This document shows, in pieces, positions 1 through 5,975 of a DNA stretch of 13,028 nt. A model generated the notes under the pieces. It was not told the origin of the DNA and did no database searches. It saw only the letters and a program-made list of their open reading frames with translations. The DNA is from Candidatus Thorarchaeota archaeon. Its GTDB lineage: Archaea; Asgardarchaeota; Thorarchaeia; Thorarchaeales; Thorarchaeaceae. Position 1 is the first letter of the stretch. Every line of letters starts with the position of its first letter. The position numbers and the translations under genes were made by a program. Where the stretch lies: contig JAEORO010000073.1 of assembly GCA_016840855.1 (NCBI GenBank), positions 1-13,028 of the forward strand, given 5' to 3'.

Positions 1-2
1 AT

Positions 3-2900
3 TATCACATTGGAAGTATCATTTGTTATTCCACTTCCAGATGAATCTGAATATAGGAATGTATAGACCATGTAATCAAGACATGGAGAAGGAAGTGCTG
101 CCTCAATCAAAGTCAGTTCTGTATCTGCTCCAACAATCTCAACAGTTACAGATAGCTGCTTGTTCTCATACTTTTGTATGCTTCCAGTCCAATCAAAGAA
201 GACAGTAAGTTGCTGAATCCCAATTCCTCCAAACTGAGAAGCGGCAATTGATATGATGTAGTGTCCATCACCATTGACAGTATCGTTTTCCCAATAAATT
301 ACCAATTGGTGAGTTGCATTCCAGACTGTACATTGGACAAAAGATGATGCTATCCCTTGCAGATGATCACGATCGCCGAAATACACCGAGATGTTGATTT
401 CTCCATCTGAAGTTGTATCTTGAACCGGTGACGTGAAACGAAGCTCTGTCTTGATTGTACGAATTATAACTGTGATATTGAATGTGGCTGCTTCATATTC
501 TGTTCCAGCTGAAAAAACAAAGACTAAGTAATACGATTTCAGGGCATCACTTTCAAAGGTGTGAATTGTGATACTGTATCGACTACCTGTCCAAATGATA
601 TCATAATGTTCCACAGTCCAATTACACGAGTGGCTTGGAGTAAGTATTGGAACATTGTGGTCCATATCCATATAGTCAACATAGAATGTTCGAGAGTCGC
701 CAACAGGTATTTCTAGAGAACCCACGGTGGCTGTTGCGTATGTTCTGATTTGCCTAATCTGAATGTTAATTGTTATCGTCTTGTTATCGTAGTTTTCCGC
801 TGAAGCTGTAAAGTTCACAGGGTAAATTCCAATACTCCATGTGGAAGTGTCGATTGTTACTCTGTATCTGCCACTGCTAATCAACTGCTGACCAAGCTTT
901 CCTGATCCTACAACATAGATTGTAGCTGTATCAATTCCTATTCCTCTATCTATATCCACAAACTCCAAGGTAACAATGGCATTTGTGCTATATGAGATAG
1001 TCAAGACAGGATAATCAGGAGAGCTCAGGTCACTTCGAGCTTGACTAAATTGAAAACTAATGATTGGGCTTTGTGTATTGGAGTAATTCTCAGATATCCC
1101 AAAAATGACGAAAATTCGAATACCATAAGTACCTCCTAAGAAGTACGATTTATCGAGGGTCAGGACATAAGTTCCTGTACCTTGAGCTGAAAATGTCTTG
1201 ATATTGTAGATTGTTCCATTCTTATCTCTTATACTGAAATGACTTTGAAGAAGACCATCGACTGGCATATTGTCATAGGTTGAACTGGATTCATTTACGG
1301 TCACATATACGGTTATCTCGAAGTCATCTCCAATTGGAAAGGCACCTATCTCATCCCACGAAAGGGTAGTAGTTAGTTTTTGAACTCTAAGAATTATTGC
1401 TATAGTACCATCATAATAGAATCTCGGAGATGTAGTGGCAAGCACTGTGATATCAATTGTATAAGTTCCTATCAACCAATCTTGAGATTCAATTTGGAAT
1501 TGAAGTGACCCATAAACAGCAGATCCAGTGGTCCATTCGGCGAAGACGCTCGAAAGGTTTCCTGAAATTGCTGTGTTTCCTAGGTCTTTATCCAAATAGG
1601 AGAGTGTGACTGTGACGTTTGATCCCATAGGTATTGAGCCATCATAGGTAGCCACAACAATTGTCCTATGTGGTCTGACAGACACCGCAACAGTGATCTC
1701 ACCTGATTGATAATTTGTGCGTATGATAGTGAAATTAAACATGTATATGCCGACGCTATATGACCCGACATCAATTTGGATGGAGTATCTGCCATCAAGC
1801 AGGTCTACATATTCAAATGTTCCATCTCCACTCAACGTTCCTCCAGTTAAACCGATGCTACCGTGATCAAGATCCAGCCAATTAAGCGTTAATGTGACAT
1901 TTTGACCCCAAGGTGTGTTTACGGGATTTGTTTCAATCTGAATAAGATCTGTTTTAATCTCTCGTAACCTAAAGACAATATCAATTGAACTCTCAATCAC
2001 AAAACTTTGTGATGGGAATACGTTTATCCTGAAACAATATGTTCCTATGCTCAAGCCTGTTGAATCTAAACTTACAAGATATGTTCCATTGTTGTAATCC
2101 GTCCACCCAAGACCTGTACCGTTTGAGGTCAGAGTTGCCCCATCATAGTATGCTCCAGTTATAGCATCTTGAAGATTTACTTTGACATTGAAATCTTCGC
2201 CATACGGTGTTGATGGTGGTGTCCTGTAAGTCAAAATTGTTCTGTGTGAAAGTTCCAGGTCAAAGAAAGTTGTTGTATCAAGGAGATAGGGGTGACTTGA
2301 AACGATGTTCAACCTCCAGTTTCCTGGTTGACCTAAATCAGAGGTGTTGAGTGTTTTTCCATAGACCCCATTACCATAGTCTTCAAATTGAACTTGTGTT
2401 TCAGTACCTAAAACAGTCCAGTTCATCGTGACGCTCGAACCTGATACACTTTCAGCAGTTTCAGTATTTGTCAGTTGAACCTCAACCTCGAGAAGTTCTC
2501 CTGCAGTCCTAACTGAAATGCCATCTCCAACTGCATCAGCTGGTGAAAGAAGATCTAATGATGAAGCATGTTTGACGGTGAATAATCTATTGTATCTTCC
2601 AACACGCTCCGGACTAGAGTCTGCTGTGTTGTTAAAGTCGACATATACCTCCCAAAGTCCATTGGGCCATGCACTGGTCACACTGATTCCAGCCCATTCG
2701 AATTCACCACTCCCATTCTGACTCAAATCATCAGTACTGTAAAAGAGCTGACCACTTGGGTCTACCAAATGCAGCCTCATCGCTGAACCAGGCATCACAG
2801 TGGCAGTCCCTTTGAACTTTGCTTGGTCTCCTATTTGAAGTGCCACAGTATTTCCATAAGCTCCTGCATTCGCTCCACATTCAAGTTGAAGCACCTCATT
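3..2900 (-). repeat. Gene B stalk: about 9 complete plus 1 partial divergent ~95-115 aa Ig-like repeats (protein-level repeat)
   Basis: Units begin NEVLQL, HASSL, HRTIL, IKTDL, HRTIV, LTTTL, ARSDL, IRTYA, IKTEL and ADTEL. Most contain a P[YWMIV]G-type turn, a 'v.l.y.D.d' strand, a 'G.G.Y.i.id' strand and a 'G.Y.i.i' strand. I noticed no exact DNA-level repeats. Confidence 0.8.
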
Positions 2901-5900
2901 GCTTGAGGAGAATTCAAATTCCCAGATTCCAGAAACATCAAGTATCGATGAAGTCACCATTACCTGAGTGCTTGTTTTAGTGACCTCTGAGAGTCTGTTT
3001 TTACCAACTGGATCAGTGACACTTGTTAATGTCCACGCTACGGGATTGCTTAGATTGAAACTTACGTGGCTGATGCCTGTAGGTGGACTCACTAAGACGT
3101 TCGCTGTCCAAGTCGCATCAGTCCCATTGTTTACACTAAACGATGTCCCTTGTTGGAAATTCTCATCAAGAGTCGAGCTAGAATGGGCAACATTGAGATT
3201 CAATCTTGGAAGAATCTCTACAACGGACTCGACATTCGTGGAAAAGACCAAATCAACAGTTTCTCCAAACTGTGTTGTCTGCTCAAGACCTTGAGTCAGG
3301 AACCCTGACGGATCATATTGGTTTGCGTATTCTGTCTGTATCCAGCCAGCTGATTTGTAGCCATCTATTACTCTGAACTCGTCAATGCCTCCACGAAACG
3401 GAGTGCCACCAGTCTCAGAGCAAATTACAAACATATTACGGTCGATTCTCAAGGAACCTCCAGTTCCTAAGGTGTTATCAGTGAATGAGTCTACAAGCGA
3501 GCCATCCGCAAAGCAATATCCCCTGTATATACCATCTCCACTGCTTTCATACTTAAATACTACATAGTTCCAAGCCTGTCTTTTGACCAGCACACCTTGA
3601 TAAGCGTCGTACCCGTTGAAATGAACATCAACTTGGAAGTTTGCATAACCAGGTACTCCTACATCAAATGTACGAGCTAGATTCATCGATACACCCTTGT
3701 CGAATACTCTCCACTCGTTCGACCAGAATTCAGCATCTGTGGCAAAGTCAAAGTAAATCCAAAACGAGAACTGCCAATCAGACCAACCATCAAAGAAACC
3801 CATTCCATCAACAAAGGATATGTAGTTGCCTGCTACATTCTGAATGTATCTAGCACCATCAATCATCCCGTTCTGCATATAGCTCGTTAAAGTTGGTTCT
3901 CCACCATGGCCATTGTAGCTTGAGTCCTTCAAGTATGCAGCACTACCCGACTGTTCAGCGAGATGCCAGACACTTTCATATCCTTGCCAAACATTTGCTG
4001 TAGTCTCTATGCGTTGTGGTTCAGGTGCTCCATATTGCATGCTGATTACCGTATCCTCTGATGCAGACAAATAGGGGATCTGAACCCACGCAATCAGGTG
4101 CGCGTGAGTACCATTGTAATCAGGGTCATATACTTCGATTTGGTAGTCTAGAGTTTTTGAACTTGCTATGAATCTAATGTCATCACCAGTTGATTGAGCA
4201 TGACTCTTGAGATCACTGTCGAAAATGTCAACCAGAACAGGGAAATTTTCAAGGTCAGCGCTGACCTTTGTATGGTCTATGGTGAGATCTTTACTATACT
4301 GTTGTACTGATATTGTGTCTTCTTCCTGAGGTATCATGAAGTCAACATAGAGTCTAGCGAGGTTTCCTCCACCATATGACCAGGTTCCCTTTATTGTATT
4401 ATAGTCGCGATAATTATCTGAGTACATATAACCAAGCATAATTCCAAGATAATTCCCACTAGACCACCCAGAACGTGAAACCACTGCTTGAACAAGTGAT
4501 GAGATGTCTGGGGAGGCAAATCGATAATCTGCGTCCCAGTAATTTGGTGTCCAGTCTATGCTATTCTTAATCCAAGTATATTGAACCTCCAAAGGATTTG
4601 CTCCGCTAGCAAATGGTGCCATATTATCAGCTTCAGCCACCCAGACTCTGAATTTGTTGTCATCTCCATCTAAGTTGTACTCACCTAATGCCTCAATCTC
4701 AATTCTGGAAGAAGTAATTACCGCGCCTCTTGGAATGGTCAATGGAAACTGGAATCCAGTTTGATACTTAATCACATCATTCCATGTTGTTCCACTTGAA
4801 CTCCAAACTCCCACTTCAGGAGTTCCCGAAACACTGATTCCAGTGTCAGAACGACTGACGCAGTCTCTGTTCGCACCATCGGTTACAAATGGTGCAATGC
4901 TATCTGACGTAACTCCGGTGATAGCAGTCTGATTAGCGTATAGACCAATCTGCTCCGGAAACGGTCTTGCTTTGAATATTGCCTCTATCTCGTCTATATA
5001 CACATAATTGTTGATATTGGACGAAGGTTGACCTGAGAAATCTGTACTTAGACCAATCGCAAATGAAACAGAACCAGGTACCGGGATACTCGAGAATACG
5101 GAAGCTGGAACATCGACAGTAGCTTGAAGCCATGTGTCAGTAGTATATCCTGAACTAAGCACATTGAACTTAGCTTCGTAGCTACCTACTCGTACAAACA
5201 AGTAGAATATGCCATTCATTGTTTGACCGCTAGGTACTCTGTGATAAAATGACACTGTGCAGGAGTACACTTCCCTCCATGGTAACTGGATCTGCTGGCC
5301 TAAGTATATCTCCATACTCGGACTGAGGGTCTTGGTTGTATCAAAGAGCACGCTAGGTCTCCATCCCATGGATCCCTCTCTACCATTTCCTGCAGCAGTA
5401 TACCAGTATAGACCTCCATGAGTTGGATGGCTTGTTGAATCTCCACTCTTCAAAACTGACCAGCTATCTGGAATATTGAAGACCTCTGAGTTCCATGGCG
5501 AACCAGATATTATATGCCGTTCTCCATGATAGTCATCTAAGAGGCTGTTCTTCAATGTTCTGAACTCTGTAGAAAGGTATTCCAAAGACCCGCTGAGGTC
5601 GTAACCTGTCCAACCTGATGGTGCTTGAATCGAAGCTGTGCTTGGGTTTGAGGAATCAAGCATAACAATGCCTTGTGAATCATCATAAAAAACTCCATCA
5701 AAAGACACTGGTTGGGATGCACCTGTTGCGCTATATGCTTGTTGTCCTTCTGCAAGTCCAAACAGATTTGGTAAACCATCCCAAGTGAAACCTTCGACAG
5801 AAGAACCAGACTCATTTGGAATGACACCAACTGGAGTGCAGAAAATGAACAGAATAATGCAAGGTATAATGAATTGATAGGACAAACGTTTCCCTTTTCT

Positions 5901-5975
5901 TATCACAGTTTCATAATTGAGCATATGATTTGACTGGATTCCAACTTGATTGTTGGAGGTTTCATTACGACTCAT
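3..5975 (-). CDS. Gene B: giant surface protein with DUF2341 + LamG/ConA-like head and tandem Ig-like repeats, paralog of gene A (3'-partial, at least 1991 aa; absent from the ORF track)
   Basis: Manual translation from the ATG at 5975-5973 (MSRNETSNNQVGIQSNHMLNYETVIRKGKRLSYQFIIPCIILFIFCTPVGVIP...) gives one stop-free frame to the left edge (...YTFLYSDSSGSGITNDTSNVI). The frame agrees at both ends (1991 codons). It has an SD and an ATGA overlap at the start, recognisable DUF2341/LamG motifs and clear homology to gene A. Alternative starts at 5924 (ATG) or 5906 (GTG) are possible but lack an obvious SD. Confidence 0.95.
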   Translation of the reverse strand, partial: MSRNETSNNQVGIQSNHMLNYETVIRKGKRLSYQFIIPCIILFIFCTPVGVIPNESGSSVEGFTWDGLPNLFGLAEGQQAYSATGASQPVSFDGVFYDDSQGIVMLDSSNPSTASIQAPSGWTGYDLSGSLEYLSTEFRTLKNSLLDDYHGERHIISGSPWNSEVFNIPDSWSVLKSGDSTSHPTHGGLYWYTAAGNGREGSMGWRPSVLFDTTKTLSPSMEIYLGQQIQLPWREVYSCTVSFYHRVPSGQTMNGIFYLFVRVGSYEAKFNVLSSGYTTDTWLQATVDVPASVFSSIPVPGSVSFAIGLSTDFSGQPSSNINNYVYIDEIEAIFKARPFPEQIGLYANQTAITGVTSDSIAPFVTDGANRDCVSRSDTGISVSGTPEVGVWSSSGTTWNDVIKYQTGFQFPLTIPRGAVITSSRIEIEALGEYNLDGDDNKFRVWVAEADNMAPFASGANPLEVQYTWIKNSIDWTPNYWDADYRFASPDISSLVQAVVSRSGWSSGNYLGIMLGYMYSDNYRDYNTIKGTWSYGGGNLARLYVDFMIPQEEDTISVQQYSKDLTIDHTKVSADLENFPVLVDIFDSDLKSHAQSTGDDIRFIASSKTLDYQIEVYDPDYNGTHAHLIAWVQIPYLSASEDTVISMQYGAPEPQRIETTANVWQGYESVWHLAEQSGSAAYLKDSSYNGHGGEPTLTSYMQNGMIDGARYIQNVAGNYISFVDGMGFFDGWSDWQFSFWIYFDFATDAEFWSNEWRVFDKGVSMNLARTFDVGVPGYANFQVDVHFNGYDAYQGVLVKRQAWNYVVFKYESSGDGIYRGYCFADGSLVDSFTDNTLGTGGSLRIDRNMFVICSETGGTPFRGGIDEFRVIDGYKSAGWIQTEYANQYDPSGFLTQGLEQTTQFGETVDLVFSTNVESVVEILPRLNLNVAHSSSTLDENFQQGTSFSVNNGTDATWTANVLVSPPTGISHVSFNLSNPVAWTLTSVTDPVGKNRLSEVTKTSTQVMVTSSILDVSGIWEFEFSSSNEVLQLECGANAGAYGNTVALQIGDQAKFKGTATVMPGSAMRLHLVDPSGQLFYSTDDLSQNGSGEFEWAGISVTSAWPNGLWEVYVDFNNTADSSPERVGRYNRLFTVKHASSLDLLSPADAVGDGISVRTAGELLEVEVQLTNTETAESVSGSSVTMNWTVLGTETQVQFEDYGNGVYGKTLNTSDLGQPGNWRLNIVSSHPYLLDTTTFFDLELSHRTILTYRTPPSTPYGEDFNVKVNLQDAITGAYYDGATLTSNGTGLGWTDYNNGTYLVSLDSTGLSIGTYCFRINVFPSQSFVIESSIDIVFRLREIKTDLIQIETNPVNTPWGQNVTLTLNWLDLDHGSIGLTGGTLSGDGTFEYVDLLDGRYSIQIDVGSYSVGIYMFNFTIIRTNYQSGEITVAVSVRPHRTIVVATYDGSIPMGSNVTVTLSYLDKDLGNTAISGNLSSVFAEWTTGSAVYGSLQFQIESQDWLIGTYTIDITVLATTSPRFYYDGTIAIILRVQKLTTTLSWDEIGAFPIGDDFEITVYVTVNESSSTYDNMPVDGLLQSHFSIRDKNGTIYNIKTFSAQGTGTYVLTLDKSYFLGGTYGIRIFVIFGISENYSNTQSPIISFQFSQARSDLSSPDYPVLTISYSTNAIVTLEFVDIDRGIGIDTATIYVVGSGKLGQQLISSGRYRVTIDTSTWSIGIYPVNFTASAENYDNKTITINIQIRQIRTYATATVGSLEIPVGDSRTFYVDYMDMDHNVPILTPSHSCNWTVEHYDIIWTGSRYSITIHTFESDALKSYYLVFVFSAGTEYEAATFNITVIIRTIKTELRFTSPVQDTTSDGEINISVYFGDRDHLQGIASSFVQCTVWNATHQLVIYWENDTVNGDGHYIISIAASQFGGIGIQQLTVFFDWTGSIQKYENKQLSVTVEIVGADTELTLIEAALPSPCLDYMVYTFLYSDSSGSGITNDTSNVI
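3300..3990 (-). other. Gene B head module 4: LamG / concanavalin A-like lectin/glucanase domain
   Basis: VWQGYESVWHLAE...LKDSSYNGHGG...GMIDGARYI...FSFWIY...AWNYVVFKY...FADGSLV...FRGGIDEFRV...SAGWIQTEYANQYDPSGF is the standard Laminin_G_3-type signature that follows DUF2341. Confidence 0.88.
4029..4301 (-). other. Gene B head module 3: DUF2341 domain
   Basis: YSKDLTIDHTKVSADLENFPVLVDIFDSDLKSHAQSTGDDIRF...LDYQIEVYD...HLIAWVQIPYLSASEDTVISMQYG carries the characteristic DUF2341 motifs (L.nFPvLv, G.DIRF, L.yeIE, aWV.vP.L, i.mYYG). Confidence 0.88.
4338..4880 (-). other. Gene B head module 2: DNRLRE/CBM96-like beta-sandwich domain
   Basis: The motifs GFQFPLTIPRGAVITSSRIEI...SPDISSLVQAVVSRSGWSSGNYLGIML...ARLYVDF resemble the 'F..IP.GA.I..A.L...DIT.LVQ..V...N.G..L...P.L.V.Y' signature of DNRLRE-type surface domains. 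Confidence 0.6.
4962..5552 (-). other. Gene B head module 1: probable galactose-binding-like/CBM-type jelly-roll domain
   Basis: The pattern KNSLLDD...IPDSWS...IYLGQQIQLP...TVSFYHRV...YLFVRVG...TDTWLQATVDVP...SFAIGL...YVYIDEIEAIF matches the general CBM4/9-like signature (N..F, P..W, l.Q.i, SF, W...v, terminal vyiDdv). Recognised by eye only. Confidence 0.55.
5820..5900 (-). other. Gene B N-terminal signal peptide or signal anchor (basic n-region plus hydrophobic h-region)
   Basis: Residues 26-52 read RKGKR-LSYQFIIPCIILFIFCTPVGVI. I saw no other long hydrophobic stretch in the visible 1991 aa. Confidence 0.75.

Noticed and set aside
23-5830. Short track ORFs at 23-208, 1580-1798, 2518-2721, 2968-3294, 3385-3567, 3641-3853, 4933-5133 and 5552-5830
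   Set aside because: All lie antisense to or out of frame within gene B, are 60-108 aa long and show no recognisable motifs.
5835-5865. Possible lipobox at the Cys residues of B's signal region
   Set aside because: IIPC and FIFC do not match the [LVI][ASTVI][GAS]C consensus.
5940-5957. 6-bp stem hairpin TCCAAC-ttgatt-GTTGGA just inside gene B
   Set aside because: It is too weak, lies inside coding sequence and has no U-tract on the coding strand, so it is not supportable as a terminator.
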